DNA of 64,000 nt from Prevotella sp. (GTDB lineage: Bacteria; Bacteroidota; Bacteroidia; Bacteroidales; Bacteroidaceae). Positions 55,001 to 63,552 of the stretch are shown in pieces. The translations under genes were made by a program, and so were the position numbers. Location: the NCBI GenBank assembly GCA_017428055.1, contig JAFRRN010000002.1, forward strand, positions 9,803-73,802. The letters are read 5' to 3'. Position 1 is the first letter of the stretch, and each line of letters opens with the position of its first letter. The notes beneath the pieces are model-generated. The model was not told the DNA's origin. It worked only from the letters and a program-made list of their open reading frames with translations, and did not search any database.

Positions 55001-56457
55001 CCTGCGGGTATTTGTACGTTGACTATCAATGAGCCATTAAACAATTGGGACGGCTGGTCTACGATTGGCGCACCGAGTTGCATCTGCGCAAAGGTAGAGG
55101 TATTATTACTTGACCCGGGCGTGGGGTTGGATGTAAAGGACCACTCGCCGCCACCATCCGTCGTGCGGGCATAACTCACACGCTCCATGCCAGCCGGGTA
55201 TTCCTGTTGGGTAATCAGTTTTCCGTATGAATCACTAATGTAGAGCGTTCCCCCGTCCACATCCAATTTGAACATGGCATTCTTGCGGTTCAACGTACCA
55301 CTATCAAACCAAATCACACGATAGCCATGCGCGGGAATGGTGCCCATGTTATATGGCATTTGCCATAATTTCAAATTGCCCGGCGAGTCGCTTAGGTACA
55401 TGTTGTTCAAGCCTACCGTTTGGTCTGTAGGGTTATACAACTCCACCCATCCGTCAAAATTGAAGGCGGGACTTATCCACTCGTCCACATTAGATGCCAT
55501 GATCTCATTGATGATGAGCGACTCCGACGTGGCAGGGTTGCTGGTAACACGCACCACGACATTCGCCACCTTGTTGGAACCGTCCGTCGTTCTCGCCGTG
55601 ATGATGGCACTGCCTTGTTCATGGGCCGTAACCATACCATCGTCACTCACCGAGGCGATGCTGGAATTACTGCTGGCCCATGACAACTTCTTATAAGTGA
55701 CATTCTCCGGTTTGATGGAGGCACTCAATTGAAACGACTCCCCTATCAACAATGTCATCAAGGATGGAGTGACGCTAAGCCCTGTGGCAAGCACCACCTC
55801 GCCATAATATTCTATCTTGAAGTTATCAAACAAGCACCAGTTGTTGCTGACGAAATTATCGTTTTTCAAGCCAATAACCAAATCACCCCCATCGAAGTCA
55901 AACTCCAATTCGTTCCAATAATAACCATCCTTGAAAGCACGAGTGCCGCTCTCCATGTTATTGGGGAAATAGACATACGTCTGATTCCACCAGCCACCTG
56001 AGCCATATCCCCAGCAACCACCTTCCAAGTTCTCGGTGAACGACTGTGAATAGACACTCGCCAAAGGCTTCTCGAAGTAAGTCTTATTGCCAGCATAAAG
56101 ATACCCCGTAATGTCCTCCGTGCCATTCAGGTAATCCTGATACCCATTCTGATTGTCCTTGCAACGGTAATACGACTGCACCGACAACCGATAATGTCCG
56201 GCTGTCAGGTTCATCAAGTTTTGGTGAATGTCAAACGTGGCATTCCAAAACTCCATCGCATCCACACGATTGTTGCAACTGCCATGTTGCCACGAGAACG
56301 TCCACCCTTGGTTGGTGTTCCCGTCAAATGTGTAATTGGTAATCAGTTGGTCGGTCAAGTCAATCCAGTCCTTGGCAGCATAGCTTTCCATAGGGACACA
56401 CCATGCTCCTATTGCCAGCAGGAAAACCTGGGATAAAACGTGTCGGAGAACATTCAT
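52090..56457 (-). CDS. CotH-like kinase-fold protein with CBM-like N-domain, Big_2, two lamin-tail domains and T9SS CTD
   Basis: Paralog of 48685-52080 (about 55-65 percent aa identity by eye over the shared region). Extra N-terminal domain and Big_2 (LSVTPSLMTLLIGESFQLSASIKPENVTYKKLSWASSNSSIASVSDDGMVTAHEQGSAIITA). C-terminus VLVYTVDGQNMMSVSTNIHRGVSLIDVSGLPSGFYVAVATDSNNERVVCKFMK. Confidence 0.88.
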   Translation of the reverse strand: MNVLRHVLSQVFLLAIGAWCVPMESYAAKDWIDLTDQLITNYTFDGNTNQGWTFSWQHGSCNNRVDAMEFWNATFDIHQNLMNLTAGHYRLSVQSYYRCKDNQNGYQDYLNGTEDITGYLYAGNKTYFEKPLASVYSQSFTENLEGGCWGYGSGGWWNQTYVYFPNNMESGTRAFKDGYYWNELEFDFDGGDLVIGLKNDNFVSNNWCLFDNFKIEYYGEVVLATGLSVTPSLMTLLIGESFQLSASIKPENVTYKKLSWASSNSSIASVSDDGMVTAHEQGSAIITARTTDGSNKVANVVVRVTSNPATSESLIINEIMASNVDEWISPAFNFDGWVELYNPTDQTVGLNNMYLSDSPGNLKLWQMPYNMGTIPAHGYRVIWFDSGTLNRKNAMFKLDVDGGTLYISDSYGKLITQQEYPAGMERVSYARTTDGGGEWSFTSNPTPGSSNNTSTFAQMQLGAPIVDQPSQLFNGSLIVNVQIPAGCTLRYTTDGTLPTLTNGETSSTGQFDVPYTTCYRFRLFADDYLPSPVTSRSYIYRYQDYMLPVVSVITDPDFLYDDSIGVYVRGVNGRPGNGQSSKCNWNMDWERPVNFSYIMPDGEMVLNQDVNLEMCGGWSRAWTPHSFKLKGNKELGGSKNLDYPFFANKPYIRNRTLQIRNGGNNNNDRLKDGALQSIVLTSGIDIDGQSFRPAHEFINGDYVGMLNVREPNNKHFVYANYGWDDDEIDLFEISPDSFYVQKCGTDESYQYLLQLSADAANTETYEEIKQLLDIDEYAAYMAVGFYLGGSDWIRNNVKAFRYRDGGKYRFVLFDLDGSFSNGSGMFSWFFGMEYNYTFDLLYPSNTRITTDNTLVRLFRQLLQNNEFKKKFIDTFCIIGGSVFEPSRCNEVIDSLVAICSPAMALEGRSGNVTSMGNNLKNNLSGRNNTMINALRNYYAFDLSQTSAQSAQLGSDADGARIEINGIDIPTGSFKGNLFAPVKLKAVAPAGYTFQGWLSGTAHQSVVFDKGESWYYYDKGSLDGQQWYSVDYPTTNWSSGRAPLGFKLDVATTISYGNDSRNKYPTSYYRKTFTLQEKPASNASFTFNYAVDDGFVFYVNGTEVGRYNMPSGTVSFNTYSSTYADDVPFEGSISIPASLLRKGENVIAAEVHNCSASSSDIYWDAQLTGTVSQQDVDYYSTDAEIDMPSGNFRLTASYKPMTPSERTDDNISPVRINEVSGSNSVYVNEYGKKSDWVELYNTTDEVIDVEGMYLTDNLDKPTKYQITKGHTSANTKIAPHGYLLVWCDKLETTNSAIHASFKIDGDGGLVALVAADNSWVDTLYYGTHDGNTTVGRYPDGGNEVYAFSMPTIEKRNLMTSYSQKTDQETLDIHKATIASSNGFRIRYGDGTLILKDEDTDFARVLVYTVDGQNMMSVSTNIHRGVSLIDVSGLPSGFYVAVATDSNNERVVCKFMK

Positions 56458-56477
56458 GGTTCTTACACCTTATTATA

Positions 56478-59400
56478 TTATATAGTATACTCTTGCCAAC
56501 TCTTGATTTGGATGTCTTCCATCCGCATAGCACAGAATGCCTCTATAAATGCCTTGGCAAGCCTCACGTTGGTCATCAGCGGGATGTTATGGTCAATGGC
56601 GGCGCGGCGGATGCGATAGCCATTGGTCAACTCGCGCTTGGTATGGTTCTTGGGAACATTGATGATGAGTTCCAACTTGTGCGACGAAATCAGGTCCATC
56701 ACGTTATTGGGACCCTCCTCGTCCGGCCAAGCCACCGCCGTTGCCTTCACGCCATTGTCGTTGAAGAATTTGGCGGTGCCCCTTGTCGCGTAGATGTCAT
56801 ATCCTTTCTCTGCCAACTCACGCACAGGCTCGAGCAAGTCCACCTTCCCTTTGGCTCCTCCCGAGGAAATCAAGATGCTCTTCTTCGGCAGACGGTAGCC
56901 CGTGGCGATGAGGGCGTTTAGCAACGCCTCGTTCAGGTCATCGCCCAAGCAACCCACTTCTCCCGTACTGCTCATGTCAACACCCAAAACGGGGTCGGCA
57001 TCCTGCAATCGGGCAAAAGAGAACTGGGAAGCCTTCACGCCGATGCGGTCGATGTCAAACTCTCCCTTGTCTGGCTTTTGGTAAGGCACGTCAAGCATGA
57101 TCTTGGTAGCCGTCTCAATGAAGTTGGTCTTCAAGATCTTGCTGACGAAGGGGAACGAGCGGCTCGCCCTCAAGTTGCATTCTATCACTTTCACCTCGCG
57201 GTTCTTGGCAAGATACTGGATGTTGAATGGTCCAGAGATGTTCAGTTCCTTGGCAATCTTATGGGAAATCTTCTTAATCTGTCGGATGGTAGAGAAATAA
57301 ATATGTTGCGCGGGAAACACCATCGTGGCATCGCCAGAGTGTACGCCGGCATACTCCACATGCTCGGAGATGGCATATTCAACGATCTCGCCCTTGTCAG
57401 CAACGGCATCGAACTCTATCTCCTTGGTCTCCGTCATGAACTTAGACACCACCACAGGATAGTCTTTCGACACCTCCGTCGCCATGGCGAGGAAGCGTTC
57501 CAACTCCTCATTGTCGTAACAGACATTCATTGCCGCGCCACTCAATACGTAAGACGGGCGCACCAATACGGGGAATCCCACCTCGCTGACAAACTCCTTG
57601 ATGTCATCCAACGATGTCAAGGCACGCCACGCTGGCTGGTCTACGCCCAGTTTATCAAGCATGGCAGAGAACTTGTCGCGGTTTTCGGCACGGTCAATAT
57701 CCACGGGCGACGTGCCAAGTATAGGTACACCCTGTCGATATAGCTTCATCGCAAGGTTATTGGGTATCTGCCCACCCACGGAGACAATCACGCCACGCGG
57801 TTGCTCCAAGTCGATGACATCCAACACACGCTCCATCGACAACTCGTCGAAATAGAGCCTGTCGCACATGTCATAGTCGGTGGAGACGGTCTCAGGGTTG
57901 TAATTAATCATGATGGACTTATACCCCAGCTTGCGAGCCGTATTGATGGCATTCACCGAACACCAGTCAAACTCCACAGACGATCCGATGCGGTAAGCAC
58001 CCGAACCGAGTACCACCACGCTCTTCTCATTCTTATAATACTCGATATCGTGCAATGAGGCCGACTTGTCATAATGGTAAGTGAAATACAGGTAATTGGT
58101 CAACTCAGGATGCTCGCTTGCCACGGTATTGATTCGTTTCACGGCTGGCACCACACCACGCTGCTTGCGATAGCGGCGCACGGCGAGGTTCTCGTTATAC
58201 ATGTTACCCGCTGCGGGTTTTAACACAAACCGTGCTATCTGGAAGTCGGAGAAGCCAGCGGCTTTCACCTCCATCAGGAACTCGTCTGGTATGTCCTCCA
58301 ACTTGTCAAAAGCCTGTAGTTTGCACTTCAGGTCAACAATTCTCTTCAACCGCTCGATAAACCACTTGTCAATTCGCGTCAGTTCCTCTATCCGCTCGAT
58401 GGAATAACCATCTTCCAACGCCTGGGCGATGGCAAAGATGCGCAAGTCCGTGGGATTCTCCAAGGCATCGTCGAGATTCTCAAAGCGCGTGTGGTCATTG
58501 CCCACAAAGCCATGCATCCCCTGCCCAATCATGCGCAAGCCTTTCTGGATCATCTCCTCAAAGCTACGGCCTATCGACATGATCTCTCCCACCGACTTCA
58601 TGCTGGAGCCGATCTTGCGGGAGACACCCGCGAACTTGGTCAAGTCCCAACGTGGGATCTTGCAAATCATATAGTCAAGGCTCGGCGCAACGTAGGCGGA
58701 ATTGGGCGTTCCCATCTCGCCAATCTGGTCGAGCGTATATCCCAACGCTATCTTGGCGGCAACGAAAGCCAACGGATAACCCGTAGCCTTTGATGCCAAC
58801 GCCGAGGAACGACTCAATCGGGCGTTGATCTCGATGATGCGGTAATCATTGGTCGTGGCATTGAAAGCAAACTGGATGTTACACTCGCCCACGATATCCA
58901 GATGCTTCACACATTGGATAGACAGTTCCTGCAACATCTTCACTTGCTCTTCGGTGAGCGAGCAGGTGGGGGCTACCACGATGGACTCGCCTGTATGGAT
59001 GCCCAACGGGTCGAAATTCTCCATCGACGCCACGGTGAAACAGTGGTCGTTGGCATCGCGTATCACCTCAAACTCTATCTCTTTCCAGCCCTTCAACGAC
59101 TCCTCCACCAAGATCTGGGGGGCAAACGTGAAGGCACTCTCGGCAACCTCCTTAAACGTTTTCTCGTCGGGACAGATGCCCGAGCCCAAGCCGCCAAGGG
59201 CGTAAGCGGAGCGAATCATGATGGGGAAACCTATCTCACGGGCAGCCTTGAGCGCATCATCCATGTTCTCCACGGCATGGCTCACGGGGGTCTTCAGCCC
59301 CACCTCGTCAAGCTTGCGCACAAAGAGGTCGCGGTCCTCTGTGTTCATGATAGCCTCTACCGACGTGCCTAACACCTCCACGCCATACTCTTTCAATATG

Positions 59401-59711
59401 CCGTTGGTATACAGTTCCGTACCACAATTCAAGGCAGTCTGGCCGCCAAACGCCAAGAGGATGCCATCGGGACGCTCCTTCTTGATAATCTCCGTCACGA
59501 AATACGGCGTGACGGGTTGGAAATATACCTTGTCGGCAATGCCTTCGGATGTCTGGATGGTCGCGATATTGGGATTGACCAGCACCGAGGAGATGCCTTC
59601 CTCGCGCAACGCCTTCAACGCCTGGGAACCGGAATAGTCAAATTCACCCGCCTGTCCAATCTTCAAGGCACCACTGCCCAATACCAATACCTTTGAGAGT
59701 TTCTTGTTCAT
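56478..59711 (-). CDS. carB: Carbamoyl-phosphate synthase large subunit
   Basis: MNKKLSKVLVLGSGALKIGQAGEFDYSGSQALKALREEGI... Duplicated ATP-grasp halves (second VVVLGSGAYRIGSSVEFDWC) and a C-terminal MGS-like domain. ~1077 aa from the internal ATG. Confidence 0.97.
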   Translation of the reverse strand: MNKKLSKVLVLGSGALKIGQAGEFDYSGSQALKALREEGISSVLVNPNIATIQTSEGIADKVYFQPVTPYFVTEIIKKERPDGILLAFGGQTALNCGTELYTNGILKEYGVEVLGTSVEAIMNTEDRDLFVRKLDEVGLKTPVSHAVENMDDALKAAREIGFPIMIRSAYALGGLGSGICPDEKTFKEVAESAFTFAPQILVEESLKGWKEIEFEVIRDANDHCFTVASMENFDPLGIHTGESIVVAPTCSLTEEQVKMLQELSIQCVKHLDIVGECNIQFAFNATTNDYRIIEINARLSRSSALASKATGYPLAFVAAKIALGYTLDQIGEMGTPNSAYVAPSLDYMICKIPRWDLTKFAGVSRKIGSSMKSVGEIMSIGRSFEEMIQKGLRMIGQGMHGFVGNDHTRFENLDDALENPTDLRIFAIAQALEDGYSIERIEELTRIDKWFIERLKRIVDLKCKLQAFDKLEDIPDEFLMEVKAAGFSDFQIARFVLKPAAGNMYNENLAVRRYRKQRGVVPAVKRINTVASEHPELTNYLYFTYHYDKSASLHDIEYYKNEKSVVVLGSGAYRIGSSVEFDWCSVNAINTARKLGYKSIMINYNPETVSTDYDMCDRLYFDELSMERVLDVIDLEQPRGVIVSVGGQIPNNLAMKLYRQGVPILGTSPVDIDRAENRDKFSAMLDKLGVDQPAWRALTSLDDIKEFVSEVGFPVLVRPSYVLSGAAMNVCYDNEELERFLAMATEVSKDYPVVVSKFMTETKEIEFDAVADKGEIVEYAISEHVEYAGVHSGDATMVFPAQHIYFSTIRQIKKISHKIAKELNISGPFNIQYLAKNREVKVIECNLRASRSFPFVSKILKTNFIETATKIMLDVPYQKPDKGEFDIDRIGVKASQFSFARLQDADPVLGVDMSSTGEVGCLGDDLNEALLNALIATGYRLPKKSILISSGGAKGKVDLLEPVRELAEKGYDIYATRGTAKFFNDNGVKATAVAWPDEEGPNNVMDLISSHKLELIINVPKNHTKRELTNGYRIRRAAIDHNIPLMTNVRLAKAFIEAFCAMRMEDIQIKSWQEYTI

Positions 59712-59846
59712 GAGTTTGTTGTTGTAATTTGTTAAAGACGGTGCAAAAGTACAAATAAAAAATGACAAAGGGAACGCGATACTACCAAAATGCTATAATT
59801 TCTAAAAAAATATCTGCATTTTGTTACGTCATTACAAAAAAATTCC

Positions 59847-59854
59847 TATATTTG
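59847..59854 (+). promoter_or_regulatory. Bacteroidota -7 promoter box (TAnnTTTG)
   Basis: tatatttg, 50 nt upstream of the small ORF at 59904. Confidence 0.45.
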
Positions 59855-59903
59855 CGATGCGAATAACTATTATCACTATCAATTAACAAAGGGAGGAAAT
59901 GCT

Positions 59904-60020
59904 ATGATGAAACAAAGGAAAATGAACCGTTCCGAAGAGGAACATGAGTACGACAACGTGTACAACTGCGATGCAGATGAGAGGTATGCAGAGGTGGACA
60001 CCTCCGTTTGGTACAATTAG
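59904..60020 (+). CDS. Small acidic ORF (38 aa), below the ORF-track threshold
   Basis: MMKQRKMNRSEEEHEYDNVYNCDADERYAEVDTSVWYN-stop, bracketed by a consensus -7 box and a hairpin. It could equally be a non-coding transcript. Confidence 0.3.
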   Translation: MMKQRKMNRSEEEHEYDNVYNCDADERYAEVDTSVWYN

Positions 60021-60037
60021 AACTTGACGAATCACAG

Positions 60038-60069
60038 GCAGGGCGATTCCCAACGTGGGGTCGCCCTGC
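60038..60069 (+). terminator. Hairpin terminator candidate
   Basis: gcagggcga / tcgccctgc 9-bp GC-rich stem with a 14-nt loop, followed by ttgtctttcc. Confidence 0.45.
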
Positions 60070-60315
60070 TTGTCTTTCCTGCCCCTTCCTGTCCCTATCC
60101 GAAACCAAACAAGGATTTGTTACGGAGCAGAGTCGTATGGATGGAGGGATTGCAAATCCCTGCCACCCATTCTACGGGGGCAAGCCCATCGGAATTAACT
60201 ATGAAAATCCTTAACAAAACGGTGTTTGGCAAATGACACGAAATAGGATTTCCATGCGTCGAATTATCGACTGGAAAGCACGGAAACGGTCGCTTCTCAG
60301 GGTGGAAACATGCCT

Positions 60316-60566
60316 TTAACATTTTTTGGGCGGCATCCGTCGGCGGCGGATGCCACATCCGCCACCCATAAACGTGGCATCTATCAGCCGCGAAGGTATC
60401 AGAAATAATGTTAAAATGCCACTTTCGCGGGTGATAAATGATAGCCTCATTTCGTAAATGGTTGGTATCCAACGGGTTGCAAAATGCACGAAAAAACGGC
60501 CTAAGGTTGGGGTTGCTTGCAAATAACGCAACCACGGAGGCCCATTTTGTGATAAAAAATTGACAA
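60316..60566 (-). repeat. Intergenic repeat element copy 2 (inverted relative to copy 1)
   Basis: The reverse complement of 60415-60566 aligns with 19041-19200. 60316-60327 ttaacatttttt and 60403-60414 aaataatgttaa flank the ggcatccg(7 nt)cggatgcc palindrome. Confidence 0.7.
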
Positions 60567-60594
60567 TTCCGTGGGCAGTCCCAAAAAGAATGAC

Positions 60595-60602
60595 TACCTT
60601 TG
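60595..60602 (+). promoter_or_regulatory. Bacteroidota -7 promoter box (TAnnTTTG)
   Basis: tacctttg, 24 nt upstream of ATG 60626 and immediately after the repeat element. Confidence 0.45.
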
Positions 60603-60625
60603 CAGTGACATTGAATCAAGAATAC

Positions 60626-63547
60626 ATGAAAACAGAAAGACAAATGGCAGCCGCCGCCAAGGAGTTCGCGGAGCGTTGGCGGGGCAGGGGATATGAGCGA
60701 GGCGAGTCACAGCCCTTTTGGATGGACTTGCTTTGCAATGTGTTTGGCATCGATAAGCCTACGGAAGGCTTTATCCGCTTTGAGGAGCATCGCATGGTGG
60801 ACAGCTCCAACTTCATCGATGCCCGCATCCCTTCCACCCGTGTGTTGATTGAGCAGAAGTCATTGGGCAAGGACTTGCGTAAGGGCATCGCGCAAAGCGA
60901 CGGCTCCGTGCTCAACCCGTTCCAGCAGGCACGACGCTATGTGGTGAGCCTCCCCGTGTCGGGACATCCCCGTTGGATCGTGACATGCAACTTCTCGGAG
61001 TTTCTCGTCTATGACATGGAGTTGCCCAACGGCGAGCCGGAGAGCATCTTGTTGGAGAACTTGGGCAAGGAATATTATCGTTTGACGTTCCTTATTGACA
61101 ATAAGAGCGAGCACCTCAGCAAGGAGATGGAGGTGTCGATGCAGGCTGGAGAGATCGTCGGCAAGATTTACGAGGCGTTGCTCAAGCAATATGATGACAG
61201 TTCGCCCGCCGCCCTGCGGTGGCTCAACATCCTTTGCGTCCGTATCGTGTTTTGTCTCTATGCCGAGGATGCTGGCGTGTTCGGGCATGACCAGTTCCAT
61301 GATTTCCTTGCCAGCTATGATGCAAAGGACTTGCGCAGGGCGTTGCGCGACTTGTTTGAGGTGCTGAACACGCCTATCGAGAAGCGCAGCAAATACCTGC
61401 AAGAGGAGTTGAGGGCATTTCCCTATACCAACGGCGGGCTGTTTGAGGAGGAGATAGAAATCCCGCAATTCACGGAAGAGTTGAAACAGACCCTCCTCCA
61501 AAATGCCTCGCTTGACTTCGACTGGAGCGAGATTTCGCCCACCATCTTCGGGGCGGTGTTTGAATCAACACTCAACCCCGAGACCCGACGCAGCGGTGGG
61601 ATGCACTACACGTCAATCGAGAACATCCACAAAGTCATCGACCCCTTGTTCCTTAACGACTTGCGGAGCGAACTGGACAACATTTTGGAGGAGAAAGTGG
61701 AGCGGCAGCGGCAGCGCAAACTCGACCGCTACCAGGACAAGTTGGCATCGTTGACGTTCCTCGACCCCGCCTGTGGCAGTGGCAATTTCCTCACGGAGAC
61801 CTATCTGTCGTTAAGGAGATTGGAGAATGAGGTGATTCGTGAACGATACCACGGGCAGACGATGATGGGCGAATTTAGGAACCCCATCAAGGTAAGCATC
61901 CAGCAATTCTATGGCATCGAGATCAACGACTTTGCCGTTACCGTCGCCACGACAGCCCTCTGGATTAGCGAGGCACAGATGCTTGCCGAGACGGAACGTA
62001 TCATCCAACAGGACATCGACTTCCTACCGCTGAAAAGTTATACCAACATCCGCGAGGGAAATGCTTTGCAGATGGATTGGGACATGATAGATGTCCCGCA
62101 AAACCAGCCTACCGTTTATGCCAGGAATACATACCTCATTCCCGATGAGGAGGGTGTAATGGCAAGCGAACCCATCGTCTACGATGAGATTAACTTGGTG
62201 ACAAATAACCAGCATATTGGCTACAAACCGCTCGTCAGGGTAAATGTTCATTATGACTATATCATGGGTAATCCACCGTTTGTGGGGGCGAGGATGATGC
62301 CGCAGGGCAGTCCGCAGAAGAAGGACGTGGAACGTCTGTTCGGTCGGATTAAGGATGTGCAAGACCTCGATTATGTGTGTTGCTGGTACAAGAAAGCAGC
62401 GGAGCTGATGCAACAGTCGCATACGAAGGCGGGTTTTGTCTCAACCAACAGCATTTGCCAAGGTTCCCAAGTCCCTATCCTGTGGAAAGTGCTGTTCGAT
62501 ACTTATCATGTTCATATTGATTTTGCCTACCAGACGTTCAAGTGGAGCAGTGAGGCAAGCGAGAAGGCGGCGGTGCATTGTGTGATTATTGGGTTCAGTA
62601 CCGATGAGGCAAAGCAGAGACACCTCTTTACGTCCGATGGGCAGATGCAAGAGGTGAGCAACATCAGTCCTTATCTCTTAGAAGGTGACAATGTGCTGGT
62701 TGCCAGTTGGAAAACGCCTTTGTGCGATGTTCCCAAGATGGCATTTGGCAACCAGCCCCGCGATGGGGGGCATTTTGTGTTGGACGATGGGCAGCGCACG
62801 GCTTTGTTGGCACGCGAGCCACAGCTTGAAAGATGGATACGTCCGTATATCGGAGCGGAGGAGTTTATCAATCGAAAGTCGCGTTGGTGTCTCTGGCTGA
62901 AGGATGCGTCGCCTTCAGACATCAAGGAGAGCAAGACGCTTTATGAGGTCGTCAATCAAGTGAGGGAGTTTCGGCTGGCATCGACCGCCAAGACCACAAG
63001 GGGCTATGCCAAGGTTCCCCAGTCTTTTGCGCAAGTGACGCAGCCAGAAAGTGTTGACTATCTGCTTATCCCCCGCGTGTCATCGGAGCGTCGTCGTTAT
63101 GTGCCTATTGGTTTCATCAAAGCAGGAATAGTAGCTTCTGATGCTGTCCAGATTCTTCCGAGGGCTACGCTTTATCATTTTGGCATACTGACCTCTAATG
63201 TTCATAATGCTTGGATGCGTGTGTTATGTGGCCGGTTGAAGAGCGATTACCGCTATAGCAAGGAGCAGGTGTATAATCCTTTCCCGTGGCCGGAGCCTTC
63301 GGAAAGGCAAAGGAAAAGGATTGAGGAGACGGCAAGGGCAATCCTTGACGCAAGGGCAAAATACCCCGGCAGTTCGCTCGCCGCCCTATACGATGAGGTC
63401 ACGATGCCCGTCGATCTGCGTAAGGCACACCAAGACAACGACCGTGCCGTGATGCAAGCCTACGGCTTCGATACGAAGACGGTGACTGATGAACAGTTTG
63501 TTGCGGAATTGTTTAGGACATACCAGAAATTGGTTGACAACGAATGA
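60626..63547 (+). CDS. MmeI-like type IIL (IIG) restriction-modification enzyme: N-terminal PD-(D/E)xK nuclease, N6-adenine methyltransferase, target recognition domain
   Basis: N-terminus FAERWRGRGYERGESQPFWMDLL...FIDARIPSTRVLIEQKSLGKDL (D...ExK as in MmeI). Motif I FLDPACGSGNFL and motif IV IMGNPPFVGA. ~970 aa single polypeptide with no adjacent partner genes. Confidence 0.8.
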   Translation: MKTERQMAAAAKEFAERWRGRGYERGESQPFWMDLLCNVFGIDKPTEGFIRFEEHRMVDSSNFIDARIPSTRVLIEQKSLGKDLRKGIAQSDGSVLNPFQQARRYVVSLPVSGHPRWIVTCNFSEFLVYDMELPNGEPESILLENLGKEYYRLTFLIDNKSEHLSKEMEVSMQAGEIVGKIYEALLKQYDDSSPAALRWLNILCVRIVFCLYAEDAGVFGHDQFHDFLASYDAKDLRRALRDLFEVLNTPIEKRSKYLQEELRAFPYTNGGLFEEEIEIPQFTEELKQTLLQNASLDFDWSEISPTIFGAVFESTLNPETRRSGGMHYTSIENIHKVIDPLFLNDLRSELDNILEEKVERQRQRKLDRYQDKLASLTFLDPACGSGNFLTETYLSLRRLENEVIRERYHGQTMMGEFRNPIKVSIQQFYGIEINDFAVTVATTALWISEAQMLAETERIIQQDIDFLPLKSYTNIREGNALQMDWDMIDVPQNQPTVYARNTYLIPDEEGVMASEPIVYDEINLVTNNQHIGYKPLVRVNVHYDYIMGNPPFVGARMMPQGSPQKKDVERLFGRIKDVQDLDYVCCWYKKAAELMQQSHTKAGFVSTNSICQGSQVPILWKVLFDTYHVHIDFAYQTFKWSSEASEKAAVHCVIIGFSTDEAKQRHLFTSDGQMQEVSNISPYLLEGDNVLVASWKTPLCDVPKMAFGNQPRDGGHFVLDDGQRTALLAREPQLERWIRPYIGAEEFINRKSRWCLWLKDASPSDIKESKTLYEVVNQVREFRLASTAKTTRGYAKVPQSFAQVTQPESVDYLLIPRVSSERRRYVPIGFIKAGIVASDAVQILPRATLYHFGILTSNVHNAWMRVLCGRLKSDYRYSKEQVYNPFPWPEPSERQRKRIEETARAILDARAKYPGSSLAALYDEVTMPVDLRKAHQDNDRAVMQAYGFDTKTVTDEQFVAELFRTYQKLVDNE

Positions 63548-63552
63548 GAGCC

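Noticed and set aside
56478-59711. carB without an adjacent carA as a possible anomaly.
   Set aside because: Separation of the small and large subunit genes is common, and I cannot judge it without the rest of the genome. Only the tight spacing to the CotH-like genes is noted elsewhere.
60146-60160. gggattgcaaatccc resembles a tRNA-Cys (GCA) anticodon stem-loop.
   Set aside because: No acceptor stem, D-arm or GTTCRANYC T-loop can be found around it, so it is not a tRNA gene. Too little remains to call a tRNA fragment marking an integration site.
60095-60643. 182-aa minus-strand ORF, plus ORF 19000-19185, which share FITK.A.V.ALFA-like peptide similarity.
   Set aside because: The similarity simply reflects translation through the two copies of the intergenic repeat. 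The ORFs have no start context, cross palindromes, and overlap the promoter of the MmeI-like gene.
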